From Azolla caroliniana (taxonomy: Eukaryota; Plantae; Polypodiophyta): a stretch of DNA of 64,000 nt. Position numbers and translations under genes: made by a program. The first letter of the stretch is position 1; every line of letters starts with the position of its first letter. Positions 39,653-53,900 of this stretch are shown one piece after another. Location of the stretch: contig JBHGNT010000006.1 in NCBI GenBank assembly GCA_043228905.1, positions 13,082,001-13,146,000 on the forward strand. The letters run 5' to 3'. The notes below the pieces were generated by a model, which searched no databases, was not told where the DNA came from, and saw only the letters and a list, made by a program, of their open reading frames with translations.

Positions 39653-42006
39653 AAGATTATCCTGAATTGTTAAACCAACTAAATCGGGTCTTTTGGGAGC
39701 TTGCCAGTTGAGCTACATCCATCTATGATAACGGCCTCATGCAAAGGATGGCCCCAAACTGGTATCGACCGGTGTACTATGCTAGCCGAAAAGAATTATT
39801 CGACAACAGAATGTGAGGCACTCAGCATGATATACAATATCACAAAATTTAGGCATTGTCTGCTAGGCCAAAAATTTACGTTCCATGTCGACCACTCGAC
39901 GTTACTGTACCTAGTCAACAAGAAGGCACCGACTAGCCGATTGGCACGATGGATGTTACTTCTCCAAGAATTTGAATTTGACATACACCATCGGCCAGGA
40001 GTACAACACGCAGTGGTAGATTATCTGAGCCGGCTCGAATAAGGGGAACTAGTCGAAACCGTATGTAATGATCTGCCCGACGCCAACATTTTTGGCATTG
40101 ATATGGCCACACAACATGTTGAAATCAAGGATGAATGGATAAATGACATGACTCACTTCCACTCAGCACAGGAATTCCACCTCACCATTTGCCCTTAGAT
40201 GCCAAGAAGCAATTAGCAGTCTGAGACCGAAATTTTTGCATGTTCACATATACACTTTATCACAAGGGCTCGGACAACATCTGGCACCGCGCGGTGCGAC
40301 AGTTCAAAAAAGATGGTATCTTACAAGAAGAAGATGCCCATGAATTTAGTAGGCAATGTGACTTATGTCAGCGCATGGGCCAACCCAACAAGCAACCTCG
40401 TATGCCTCACAAACTAGTTTTTCCATTAGAACATTTCCAAAAGTGGGGATTGGATTTTGTTAACCCATTCAAACCGGCCGCAACTCGAACCAGAAATAAA
40501 TATATCATTGTGACAACTGATTATTGCCCAAAATGGGTCGAAGCGAGGCATTTCGCGACAACACGGCCATGTCTACTGCCAAATTCGTTTATGAATATCT
40601 ATGGTGTCGATTTGGCTGTCCAATCGAGCTCGTCAACAACCAGGGAGGTCATTTTCTCAATCGACTTTTTTGAGATCTCACCGCACACTACGTGGTAGTA
40701 CATAAGAAAAGCACACCATACTATCCTCAGACGAACGGACTGGCCAAGTCAACGAATAAGACACTGCAAACTATCCTCAAGAAGATCGTGAACGAAAATC
40801 GAACCGATTGGGATGATAAGCTCCATACTACACTCTTGGAGTACCGAACGTTGTTCAAGACAAGTATCAGATCCACTCCTTTTCGTTTGGCTTTCAATTT
40901 GGAAGCAATCATGCCAATTGAGTTCCAAGTACCAAGTCTACGAGTCCAAATTACCGAATGACTTCCTGAGTCTGAATCCGAATAGAAACAACACGAACAA
41001 TTACTCGAGCTCAGGGAACATCAGATCGCCAGTTTGACCCAATTTGAACATGGGCAGCGCCAATGAAAAGCCTCTGTCGATCACCAGCAGAAGGGATCGG
41101 AGCAACCATTCGAAATCGGAAAACCGGTCCTCATTTTTCAAACACTACTCGGCTCAATGCCAGGGAAGCTCCGTTTCCGGTGGACATGACCCTTCTGGAT
41201 TATCGACGAATTTAACGGAACGTTCTAGCTCGGCACTTTAGTCAGCGACATCATACCGAAATGGGTCAATGGGTTTCAGTTAAAACCAAATCTCGGCCAT
41301 ACCCCACCAAACCCTTTCACTGGAAAGCGACACGACCACGATCGGCCCACAGTAGGTGAAACAGAGGATCTCGAGGACCAATCACCTCAATCATGGTAAT
41401 TACCTTACCTACCCCAGAAATTGTATACTATGAAAAAAAACCACTAAGTTAAGTATTTAAGGAGCATGCACGACATACGAGAAAATAAAGTACAAATGGT
41501 TTTTGAGACATGTGTTCTTAAAACCTTATTATGGCAGGAAAGATTCTGATTCTAGGGAACAAGGCCACAACTTGCGAACCAAGGCACATACAAAAGGGAT
41601 GACACTACAGACACATCACTCACTTACACACAGAAGCTTGCACTCGCTCCTCGTCTTTCTATCCCCACACTTACTCTTCATCTTCTAACAAAATCTTGCC
41701 GCATGAAGTGTCCAAGGAGCTCCGCACTTGGTTGAACAAGCACGGCTTGGGTGGATACCTCCGTGTAGTAGATGCACATCCCTACCCGAAGGTGCAAGAG
41801 ATTGCACGTAGGGTGCATCCCGACACCATCACCAACAACCAGATCCAGTCAGTGTTGGGATTGCTATGAGGAGGAGAACATGACATTCGAGGCTCCGCCT
41901 CAGAACATCCTTGAAGAACATTTCAAGGAGTACTCAGTGTCTGCAAAAGCCTATCGCACACATGGAGGGCCCAATGACTTTTTTGGGAGATCTGGCACTC
42001 TTAGAG

Positions 42007-45000
42007 TGTTAGGAATATGTCCCTCCAGTGGGAGGAGACAACTGCCCGGAGAGAGCCGACAGATGAGGAGTCAACTCAGAGACAGTTAATCGAGGTCGAA
42101 GACACGACCGACTAGTTGGGCCGACCAGATGGTGGATGCCTAGGTCGATTAGTCGGACTGACCCGACAATTGACGAATGAGTCGGCTAATTAGTAAGACT
42201 ACTACTACTATTATTATTGGATAATAACAATGGCCAAGATTGTAAATACCCCATTCTGTGTATTAGTATAAATACAACTAGGGCAAACATGATGTTAGTT
42301 GTGTGTGATCCTCTGTTGTAGAAAAATGATAGAGAAGAGTGAGAACATGACGAGAGACTAAGCGAGCGGCGCCATAACTATGTTCTGTAATAGCATACGC
42401 CAAGAGCCCTACGCGGCTGATACACTCGGTGTAAAGAGTGTTGTACTCTAATCTCGTCATTGTATATCCATTGTATAGTGAATTTCTGTTCTCCATTGTT
42501 TTCTCCCACTTTAGGGTTTCCACGTAAAATCTGTGTACATTGTTTCTCATTCTGTGTTCCATAACTGTGTATTTCAGTGCATTCCTTCTTGTGGATCGAC
42601 GATTCATTTCTCTACAAACTAGTATCAAAGCTTGAGGTGCATGGAAGGAGGTGTGAGTGGATTCCCAGGAATGGTAGTTCTAAACTCTCAGAACTATGCA
42701 GACTGGAAGATAAAGATGGAGGACCTTCTCATAGTCAAAGACCTGTACAAGCCGATAGACAGAGCCGAAATACCCACGGGGGTATTAGTGTCGGAATGCA
42801 AACTTCTTAATAGAAAGGCGGTGGCCACCATCCGACAGTGCGTCAATGTAAGTGTCCTTTAGCATGTGGCGAATCACACAAATGGCCACGAGATGTGGCA
42901 GAAGCTGTCAGGTCTATATGAGAGGAAGAACGCCCTCAATAAAACCTCACTGATGAGAAATATCGTATGATTGAAATACAGAGATGGTGAGAGCATTGTC
43001 GAACACATGAACACATTCATGGGGTATGTAAATCAGCTTGCTACAACCAAGTTTCCCCTTGATGATGCTATGCAGGCCATCTTGCTAATGTGCACACTGC
43101 CGGATAGCTAGAAGAACCTGGTGGTTACTCTTAGCACCTCCTGTCAAGAAGAGAACTTGTCTTTACAAGCAGTGAACACAAGCATCCTGAATGAGGAAGT
43201 GAGAAGGAAGGACAAGGGTGTCCTAGTCCAGTCGGAGTCAAATTTTACTCAACACGTCAGCAGAGGAAGGAACTAGCAAAGAAGTCCACCAAGGAAAGAA
43301 AAGTCTCAAGCCAGGTCAAAGTCCAGAGCAAAGCTCATGTGCTTTTATTGTGGAAAGCCTGGACATTTCCAGAAAGGTTTCCGACACCTTAAGAGGGAAA
43401 AGAGTGTTGGTAAAAATGTCGAACCCAAGAAGATTCCTAAAGAAAAGTACACTTCAGCCATTGCTACGAGCAATGAAGAACTTTTGTTCATCTGTGAACA
43501 GACAAGTGCAAACCTAGCGAGTGAGGAATGCACTTGGGTGATCGACTCCGGTGCATCTTTCCATATAACTCCATCCAGAGAGTATTTCTCGACTTACATA
43601 GATGGGGATCATGGTTATGTAAATATGGGTGACAATGAGAAGTGCAAGATAGTCGGAGTCGGAAGTGTCTGCCTGACGACATCGATAGGGTGTCGAGTGA
43701 CTCTAAAGGATGTTCGACACATCCCTGATATCAGATTGAATCTTATATCGACTGGAAGACTGGACGACACAGTTTTCGGAATGGCAAGTGGAAGTTCTTA
43801 TAGTGGCCCAAGCATAGAAGAAAGGTAGATTGTATATGATGCAAGATCAAGTACTAAAGTCAAAAGATCCAGTATTGTCGTTCTTCAAGGAGTTCCAGGC
43901 AAGAGCCGAACGGGAGTCGGGTCGGAAGTTGAAGGTTGTCCGAACCGACTATGGCGGGGAATATAAAGGGCAATTCAAGCAATACTACAAGGCCCAAGGT
44001 ATTCGAATCGAATACACAGTACCGAAGACCCCTGAGTTGAACGGGCTTGCAAAGAGGATGAACCGGACAATCATGGAGAGAGTAAGGAGCATGTTGTCGT
44101 ATGCTAAACTGCCAAAAATATATTGGGTTGAGGCGATGTACACAACTGTTTATCTGAGCAACAGGTCCCCCTCAGTACCGTTGAAAGGTGATGTCCCACA
44201 AAGGGTGTGGACAGGAAAGGATGTCTCCCACCGACACATGAGGGTGTTCAAATGCCTAGTGTACATGCATGTAGCTAAGGATCAGAGGTCAAAGCTCGAT
44301 AGTAAGTCGAAACCATGCATATTCATGGGATACTCGAAAGATGAGTTTGGCTATAGGCTATGGGACCTAGTCGACAAGAAGGTAGTAAGGAGTCGGGACG
44401 TAGTCTTCCTGAAAGACAAGACCATGGAGGACTGGAAGCATCAAAAGTCAGAATCGACTAACCAGTCAACCTCCACCACTATCGACTTGAGGCCATGTGA
44501 ACCAACAAAGTCGGTTGTTCGGAGACAGCTAGTCGGCACACAACTGATTCCGAGTTGGTCGTCTCGGAGAGACCGACCGACTATGAGTCTAAGTCGGCAG
44601 AGCTGTTAAGCTCAATTGAGGAATACGAGTTGGAGTCGTCCAACCTTCAAGAACCGATCGACATATATGAACCCGACCAAAGAGGAGAGGACCGATGACA
44701 TATGCCGATCAATACATTGTCTTGACTGATGAAGGTGAACCTGAGTGCTACGACGAAGCCATTGTCGACAAGCACAGAGAGAAATGGTTGAGCACGATGC
44801 AAGATGAGATGGACTCTCTACACGAGAATTATACCTACGACTTGGTGGAGCTGCCGAAAGGTAAGAGAGCACTCAGGAATAAATAGGTCTACAAGGTGAA
44901 CACTAGAGAAGTCAACAGTGCGCCTAGGTACAAAGCCCGCATTGTGGTGAAGGGTTTCCAATAGAAAAAGGGCGTCAACTTTGACAAAATATTCACTCCT

Positions 45001-47129
45001 GTCATGAAGATGACATCCATTAGAACTACTCTGAGCATAGCTGCCAGTATGGATGTAGAGATCGAATAGTTGGATGTCAAGACAACAGTTGGATGCCAAG
45101 ACAACATTCTTGCACGGGGAGCTGGATGAAGAGATCTACATGCAGCAGCCCGAAGGTTTTGAGGAGAAAGGGAAAGAGAACCTGGTGTGTCGACTAAAGA
45201 AAATCTTGTATGGGCTGAAACAAGCTCCACGCCAATGGTACAAGAAGTTTAAGTCCTTCATGGTGGAACATAGGTTCCAGAAAACACAAGTTGATCACTG
45301 TGTGTTCGTCAAAAGGTATGACGAAGGTGACTTCTTGATTCTCTTGTTATATATAGATGACATGTTGATAGTCGGTCAAGATACAAGGAACATCGGAAGC
45401 TTGAAGAAAGATCTAGGCAAATTGTTGTCACGACTACATAAATATATGGCCTTGTCGACCACAGAGGCATAGTACATGGCAGCGGTAGAGGCTGGTGAGG
45501 AGTTGATATGGATGAGAAACTTTCTCAGCGAGCTGGGGATGAAGCAAAAGGATTTTTTTCTTCACTGCGACAACCAGAGTGCCCTACATCTAGCCAAGAA
45601 TGTTGCATACAATTCTCGGACCAAGCACATATAGAGAAGGGAGTTTGTTAGGAATATCTCCCTCCAGTGGGAGGAGCCGACTGCCCGAAGAGAGCCGACA
45701 GTTGAGGAGTGAACTCAAAGAGATTTGATCAAGGTCGAAGACACAACTAGCTATTCGGGCCGACCAGATGGTCGATGACCAGGCCGACTAGTCGAACCGA
45801 CCCAACAGTCGACGAATGAGTCGGCTGATTAGTAAGACTACTACTATTATTATTATTGGATAATAATAATGGCCAAGATTGTAAATAGCCCATTCTGTGT
45901 ATTAGTATAAATACAACTAGGGCAAACATGATGTTAAATGTGTGTGATCCTCTGTTGTAGAAAAACAATAGAGAAGAGTGAGAACGTGAAGAGAGACTGA
46001 GCAAGCGGTGCCATAATTGTGTTCTGTAACAGCATACACCAAGAGCCCTATGCGGCTAATACACTCGTTGTAGAGGGTGTTGTACTCTAATTGTTGGGAG
46101 ATAGGTCCCTCCAGATGGGAAGGGAGAAGAACAGTGTTGATAAGGAAACTCGGCCAAGGCCGATAGGCCGAGGCCGAAACCGGATGACGAGTACCTGGCT
46201 ACAGAGAGCCGGATGGTGCAGACCCAGTGAGAACCGGATGAGGAGTACCCGGCTACGGAGAGCCGCATGGTGCAGACCCAGTGAGAACCGGATGAGGAGT
46301 ACCTGGCTACGGAGAGCCGGATGGTGTAGACCCGGTGAGAACCGGATGAGGAGTACCCGGCTACGGAGAGCCGGATGGTGCAGACCCGGTGAGAACCGGA
46401 TGAGGAGTACCCGGCTATGGAGAGCCGGATGGTGCAGACCTGGTGAGAACCGGATGACGAGTGCCCGGCAAGATCCGGATGATGCAGGCCCGGTGAGGAG
46501 CGCTCTCCGGATGAAGAGACATATTCATAAATATGTTTCTGAGAGTCCATCATGGCTATATTTGTAAATAGCCGAAAAGTCATATTAGTATAAATATGAC
46601 TTACGGCAAACTTTTATATGTGTGCCGTTATTCTTGTCTGCGTGAGATCATAGCGTGTAACTGTGTACAGAGAAAGAGAGAGAGAGGAAGAGGTCGTTGC
46701 CTCCGTTGTAACCGCCACCTGTGGCGAAGATAGAAAGCTCGAGGTCGTTGCCTCGGTGCTTCACTGTTGTACACTGTAACATAGTGATAGTTTACAGCCT
46801 GTGGGCTGCCGTGGTTTTTTCCCTAGTTTGGGTTTTTTCCACGTAAACATTCTGTGTACTCTTCTCTTCACTATGTCGTGCATTCTTACCTGTTTTCTGT
46901 GTTTGATTTTAGACTCGGTTGTGGCCGAGCATCATTCATCGGAGCGTGTAGTTCCCGTCACTAATCTCGTCATTGTATATCCATTGTATAGTGAAGCTCC
47001 GTTATCTGTGGTTTTCTCCCGCTTTAGAGTTTCCACGTAAAATCTGTGTACACTGTTTCTCATTCTGTGTTTCATAACTTTGTATTTCAGTGCATTTCTT
47101 CTTGTGGATCGATGATTCATTTCTCTACA
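42007..47129 (+). mobile_element. Copia family C element (degenerate, internally deleted)
   Basis: 5' LTR 42007-42616 and 3' LTR 45646-47129 (split by a solo LTR). Degenerate PBS TAGTATCAAAGC, TSD TAGAG (42002-42006, 47130-47134). Gag-pol related to family A. Confidence 0.92.
46092..46960 (+). mobile_element. Solo LTR with 54-bp tandem array
   Basis: Same family as the LTR 32769-33474. TSD CTAAT (46087-46091, 46961-46965). AACCGGATG anchors every 54 bp from ~46177 to 46447. Confidence 0.93.
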
Positions 47130-48883
47130 TAGAGTTCAGTTGCATGCATGTTAATGCGTATAGCATGCCAAAGAAGAAGGTTGGCAGCATCATCACGGCA
47201 TATAGAGGCGGCGCCCTCGATTGGGGCATCATCACCGGGGAAGGAGTTTGTGCCGCCTTGTCGGCTTTTCAGGTAGGTAAAAGGTTCTTCCCTACCGTAG
47301 CATACTACTTAGTTCTGTTTTACCCCCCGAATCCACGGCCACACCCCACCGAACCCTCGCCCTCCCCGCCCCACCCACCCACCCATGCCAAACGCCAAAG
47401 AGTTCTTCAATTAGCTCAGGAGGAATGGCAGGATGACACACCTGTCCGCACCCCTACGTCGTCATGGCCAATACCCGAGCCAAGGGCACAAGAAGGCCCA
47501 AACAACATCACCATCAGGGGACAAGAAAAACCTAAGCTCTCTGCCCCATTGGACCCACCCACACACCAATTGGCGAGCCTGTGACCCGACTATCGGGAGG
47601 AGACCTAGAAAAACACATCAGACAGTAGTAGGTCGCCCGTGGAGCAAACAAAGTGGCCCCAAGAGGAATTAGCGACACCCAAGACGAGCCCTATCGAAAA
47701 ACGTCGTCGTCTCCAACAATGCCGCAAAGAACAAACTGCAAGGGACTCCTCACCGAGGACCGGCAACTAGTCGTTGTGCCCGAAAAGACAATTGCAGTGG
47801 TTACCAACAAGGCTTTGGCCTAAACAGGACAACAAGAGCAGAGGCAACCTTCCCGATTCTCAGAGTAGGAAGTAATGACCTTCAAGGATCAGCCCGCCGA
47901 GTCCTACGAGCTTGGTGTGATCTTGCAACACGGCACGACATACGAGCTAATAGACTTTCTCGTTCGCCTACAGGTTGCTACTGCGACATGCATGGCTCAA
48001 GATCATATCAAACAACAGATGGTCAAGTGGGCGTTAGCCAACAAGCTCAAATCAAACAAGGAGCCCAAGCTACAAAAGGTTGGACGTAAACACGTCACCA
48101 AAACACGTCGAGGATGGATTGAGCTACCTGAGCTCAACACGGCGATGGTCGAAGTGTACTGCGAGTTGGAGAAAAGCCAAGCCAAAGATATGGTTGTCAA
48201 CAGCAAATAGGTGCACAAACAGGCCAAAATGGCTATGGAGTTATGGCAGGCCTCGTAAAACCACCTGACCAAACTTCAACAACGACTCCAAGCAATCGGC
48301 GAACCCAACCTTCTCACCCTCCCACCCCCAACTTCCAATCATGTCGAGACGCATCCACCCAAACCGATGACACCAACCCTCTTAAGCCAATGGATGTGTC
48401 CACACAAACCGACGAATGTTACCGGCCGGCAAGAAGGCTTAAGGAGGTCCAAACCAGAGTGTCAAAGGAATAGTTTATTCGGGAACTATTGTAATTAGTA
48501 ATCTTAATATAGATATTAATATATGAGAAGATGTGGACGGACGGACCGGAATCGGTATGCTGATCCGGATCTGAACCGATCCCGTAAAGGTGCCAGTTGG
48601 CACCGTTTTGTATTTCGCACCGGAGACCTATATAAAGGCCCGGTTATAATGTAATCAAGGCGGATAATTAATAAAGCTTATTGTCTTAATCTTCCAGTGT
48701 TGATTACCGTTTTGTATTCATTGTTATATCTTACGCGTGTTAATTATGGATTGCTAAGTAACCAATTAAGGTCGAATTAAGCATTGTGCCGTAAGTCATT
48801 CTACCGTACCACCCTTTGGTGAAGTGTCTTAAGTGGACACCCTGTGTTAGGCTGTTGTCCGGCCCTAGCAATAACACAGTTTT

Positions 48884-48893
48884 TGGCGACCAC
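48884..48893 (+). promoter_or_regulatory. Putative short PBS of G1 (TGGCGACCAC, tRNA-Arg-like)
   Basis: TGG-initiated, 7 nt after the 5' LTR. Matches my recollection of the complement of a plant tRNA-Arg(UCG) 3' end over 10 nt. Confidence 0.6.
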
Positions 48894-48931
48894 GATTCCT
48901 GTACAATTGCAATGAACAACGGCGGGAATGG

Positions 48932-50990
48932 ATGACTAGGCCAACAGACGACCCGATTACGGAGAGAGCATGAAGACTTGCTAAACGGAGAAGGCGGCGA
49001 GAGGCTTTCCAGCAAGCAGCGGAAGAAATCCGAACGGATCGATCATTTTCCAAAGTAATCCGGAAAGTGACGGAGGAGTCGCTCCGTCTACAACAAAACG
49101 CCTACCCGGACGAAGGAAGCAGCTTAAGCAGCCTCCGGGAAGCGGAATCCCTTCTGCAGGCCTTGGCTGGAAGAGACGGCGAATCCAAAGTGTTTTCAGC
49201 ACTGGAATAGGCCAACAGACGACCCGGTCACGGAGAGAGCACGAAGACTTGCTGAACGGAGAAGGCGGCGAGAGGCTTTCCAGCAAGCAGCGGAAGAAAT
49301 CCGAACGGATCGATCATTTTCCAAAGTGATCCGGAAAGTGGCGGAGGAGTCGCTCCGTCTGCAACAAAATTCCTACCCGAATGAAGGAAACAGCTTAAGC
49401 AGCCTCCGGGAAGCAGAATCCCTTCTGCGGGCCTTGGCCGGAAGAGACGGCGAATCCGAAGCGTTTTCAGCACTGGAATCGGATTCAGAAGGGGGTTACA
49501 GTGCGCACACGAACTATCGCAGCAGTAACGACACCCCAGGAGGACCGGACAACGAGGAGTCGGATACAGTACCAACAACGGAACCAGAGTTGGCAGATCG
49601 GGAACCTCCGGCACTAGACGTGGAGCAACCTCCGGAGACGGGGGAAGACCGGCTAAAACCTCCAACATTGGAAGTCGAGCCAGCAACACCAAAGGAAGAC
49701 CGGCAAAGACCTCCCACGCCGACGAAACATCAGGAAAAACCACCAACACCGCCAGCCCGCGTACCGACACCAGACGACGAAATGTCGTTCCAGTACTCCA
49801 AGTATAGGGATGATCCGGACGCGGAGGCTCATGTTCACGTGTTCCAACAAACATGGGAGGCGAACCATGTGTCACAACGGCTAACCGCGGCAGAAGAGGA
49901 ACGATCTAAGATAGCCGAATTCGGTGTGACATTGGACGGACCGGCTGCCAGATGGCACCAAACGCAGGATCGCAGCACCATCACCACCTTTGTGGACCTG
50001 AAAGACAAATTCTTGCACTTCTTCCAGAAGGAGGTGGATCAGCGAGAAATGGTGGGCTTATTTTATACAATTTGGCAGGACCCCGGGGAGAGAATCCCGT
50101 AGTTTGTCATCCGGTTTCAACGGATGCACAGTCAACTTACCCGCACACCTCCGGAGGAAGAAACGCGGGCTATATTTTTAGCCGCGCTCCGGGAACCTCT
50201 ACGAACGGTATGCACGGTCATCGACTTTCGCACAAGCACCGTCGACCAGGTCATCGACCGGGTTAGAGAAATGGAGAAAACAAGCTCTTGGCTAACAATG
50301 GGAGCCCTCCAACGAGCATTACCAACCAATGAGGATCTCCGTTTCCGGCAAGCAATCCAATGCACGACCTGCTTGAATTCCGGACACTCGTCACTGGAGT
50401 GCACCATGCGGACGCACTGCTTACTCTGCCAATCTACGAGCCACATGATGGACCGGTGTGAATATAACTTATTGAATCGGCAAGCACCACCAGTCCGGCA
50501 AATCGAGCCACGTAGCAGCCGAGACGAAGAACACAAACGCTGGCAGCGAGTGGAGCGATATCGACCGGCACAGGATGTCCGGTACGACAATCGGCGAGGC
50601 AACTATGACCGGTACAAGAGATATGACAATTACCGAGATTACAATGGACGGTACGAGCATCACAACCAGGACCACTCCCCCGGGTATCACCAATGACGGG
50701 AAGATTACGGGAGGTATGACGACCAACCCCAGCAAGGGTACTGCAACAAAAAGAACTTTAATAAAAAATGGCATTTCAAAAACGGGAGCCACCCACATGA
50801 ACCAGAAAAAGGCGCCTCAAGCAGCCAACCGGACCAGAGCCCCGCGGTTACCACAAGTCCTCCACCGGGTACTGGAAACAATGTCGAATCCAGCAACACC
50901 CGGAAAGCATATTGCTATTACTATCGGCAAGAAGGACATTATAGTAATCAATGTCCGGCAAAGAGCTATGATAAGCGACCGGCAGTAAAC
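48932..50990 (+). pseudogene. gag: G1 gag, disrupted
   Basis: DPDAEAHVHVF, TLDGPAARWH, knuckles CTTCLNSGHSSLEC and CLLCQSTSHMMDRC; stops at ~50100 and 50694. Confidence 0.88.
48938..49479 (+). repeat. 271-bp tandem duplication at the start of G1 gag
   Basis: GGCCAACAGACG at 48939 and 49210; both copies end in TTTTCAGCACTGGAAT. Confidence 0.9.
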
Positions 50991-53900
50991 ATGGTAGTCG
51001 CCGAAGTCGGAGACCTCCAGCAGGTCACCACAAGGTCGAAGGGCAAGACGACGGAATGGGAGACACAAGAGGCCATCCGGAAACAGGCAACGGAATGGGT
51101 GAAAAAGGCAAATGAGCGAAACATAGCAGAACTCGCGCAGCAAAAGGAGAACACCGAAGAGCTCGCCGGCGGCAGTCAGTCCGAAAACGCGACATGGTAG
51201 GCATTGCAGGAATGCCAGGTCACGCTGCCATTAGGATGACTCTTGCAGCTAGTACCAAGATTCACAGAAGGACTCAAGCCCGGCATGACGACAGGCGACA
51301 CACCACCGGCTCCGGCATTCTTCTCAAATCCGGAGGAAGGACCGGTTGTGGTGGAGACCAACAGTCCGGCAATTACGGCCATTGTAAAAGGGAAAGAACT
51401 CCCCGACACGATAATAGACGAAGGCTCCGGCGTTAATGTAATCAGCCTCCGAATGTGCGATGCTCTTGGAATCCAAGAGTGGGAGCCATGTCCGTTCTGG
51501 CTCCGAATGGCGGACACAAGCTCGGTGTGACCGACAGGATTAATACGGAACTTGGAAGTAACCATCGGGGGCCACACATTCCGAATCTCAGCCGTAGTTC
51601 TCAAGTGGCAGGCTCAAGGAGCATACCCATTATTGTTGGGATGCCCTTGGTTAAAGACGGCACACATCAAGCAGAACTGGAGGAGGAATATGATTACGTT
51701 CCGGCGGGGAAAAGCGAAGGTACGAGTACCAACACAACCAAGGAAGGGCACCGGCAAGGATCTGACACCGTTATATGTGGAGTGCGTCAATATGCTGGAA
51801 GGATTAGCAGACAAAGAAGAAGAGCAGTACTTGTTGGAGAACCCGAAGATTGTACCCCTATTCGAAATTGACGTCGCCGAAGCGGTATCACCCTACTTAC
51901 TGCAACCGGACGGAACCGAAGCGGAACCGGATAAAGAAGCAATCCGGGAGTTATGGCAAGCGCAGGAGGTGTTGGAAAGGGAAATGGCCGTATCCCAGCG
52001 CGTAAAAGCGTCTCAATTAGAAGAGGTAAATCAAGGAACGGCGAAGGAGGCAAAACCGGTGCACATCGCCAAAGTAATGAATCCAGAGAACAAAACGGCG
52101 ATAATTACACTCCTCAACGAGTTTCGCGACGTATTTTCCTGGTCTTACGAGGATATGAGAGGCCTGGATCCTCAATTGTATCAACACCAGATACATCTGA
52201 GCAAAGACGCCAAGCCGGTAGCACATCATCAGTACCAGATGAACCCAAACTACGCCGCCAAAGTCAAGGAGGAGATCGACAAATTGCTGAGGGTTGGCTT
52301 CATCCATCCCGTAAAGAAATCTACATGGCTGAGCCCGATCGTAGTCGTACCGAAAAAGAACGGCAAAATTAGAGTTTGTGTCGACTACCGGAAGCTCAAT
52401 GCGGCAACGGTAACGGATGCATTTCCACTTCCGTTTACGGATGGAGTTTTGGATGCCGTCGCCGGCCATGAAGTCTACAGTTTCTTAGACGGATTCAGCG
52501 GGTATAATCAGATCCGGATGCACCCTGAGGATCAAGAGAAAATGGCTTTCGTCACCAAATGGGGAGTGTTTGTTACTGTGGTGATGATGTTCAGGCTAAA
52601 AACGGCACTAGCAACATTCCAACGGATCATCATGGAGATCTTTGGCGAATACATACCGGCTTTTATGCCGGTGTTCCTTGACGACTTCGCCGTCTATAGC
52701 AGAGAAGAAGATCATTTGCAGCATCTCAGACTATGTCTAGAGAAGTGTAGGGCGTACCGGCTAAGCCTGAATCCGGCGAAGTGTGTATTTGGAGTGTCCA
52801 GCGGAACGCTACTAGGGCATATAGTGAGCAAGGAAGGCATTGTCGTAGATCCGGACAAAGTGAAAGCAATCCTGGAAGCACCGGCACTGGCAACGGCAAA
52901 GGCATTGAGCCGTTTCCTAGGACAAATCCGTTTGCATAGCCGTATGCTCCGATATTTGGCAAACCTAGCTACACCTCTGCATGCGGCAGTACATCAAACA
53001 CCGTTCCAATGGACCAACATCGAAGACAAGGCGTATCGGGCACTAAAGGTGTTACTGTCACAAGCACCAGTAGTGCAGCCTCCGAATTGGAGTAAAGAGT
53101 TTCATGTGTTCGTGGATGCCTCTGACATCGCAATCGGCAGCGCGCTCATGCAGCTTACCGAGCCAAGGTGGTATCGGCCAGTGTACTATGCCAGCCGGAA
53201 GCTATCCCAAGTGGAACGAAATTATTCTACCGCGGAAAGGGAAGCTTTAGGAATGATCTACAGTGTAACAAAATTCAGGCATTATTTATTGGGAAGAAAG
53301 TTCTCCTTCCATGTAGATCATTCGGCACTCCTCTACCTAGTATCCAAAGCGTCACTTACCGGTAAGTTGGCCCGGTGGACCTTGCTGTTGCAGGAGTTCG
53401 AATTCGAGATATTCCACCGACCCAGCATACAGCATGCGGTAGCAGATTATCTAAGCCGGTTAGATTCCGAGGAGACGGGTGACGGAGTACCGGACGAGTT
53501 TCCGGATGCAGAGCTTTTTCGAGTCACCACGGAAACGGCAACAGATGAAACGGTGGCACAAGAAGATAAGTGGCTAACTAATATGCACAAGTTTCTGAGT
53601 ACCGGATTGCCTCCGGAGGAGATGAACCGGGACGAGAGAAAACGCCTGGCGGTACAAAGCCGGCACTTCTGTTTATTACAAGACACGCTATACCACAAAG
53701 GTGCGGACGGTATTTGGCGACGAGTGGTGCGCAGCGACGAGAAGGAGGTAATACTACGGGAAGCACACTGCGGAGTCGCCGGAGGCCATTATGCCGGAGA
53801 TGCGACGGCAAGGAAAGTATGGCAAAGTGGCCTATGGTGGCCGACGACATTGAAAGATGCAGTCTGGTACGCGAAAGAGTGTGATCTATGCCAGCCAATA

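Larger units (their letters stand above)
35351..39735 (-). mobile_element. Chromovirus (Tcn1-like Ty3/gypsy) 3' half; enlarged 3' LTR 35351-38284
   Basis: Integrase-chromodomain ORF, PPT AGAGGGAGGA (38288-38297, minus), LTR termini TGTCA/TGACA. Inserted in the G2 RNase H. Confidence 0.78.

Noticed and set aside
46177-46470. CRISPR-like appearance of the 54-bp and 37-bp arrays
   Set aside because: Head-to-tail tandem units with no unique spacers and no cas genes, in a eukaryotic TE context.
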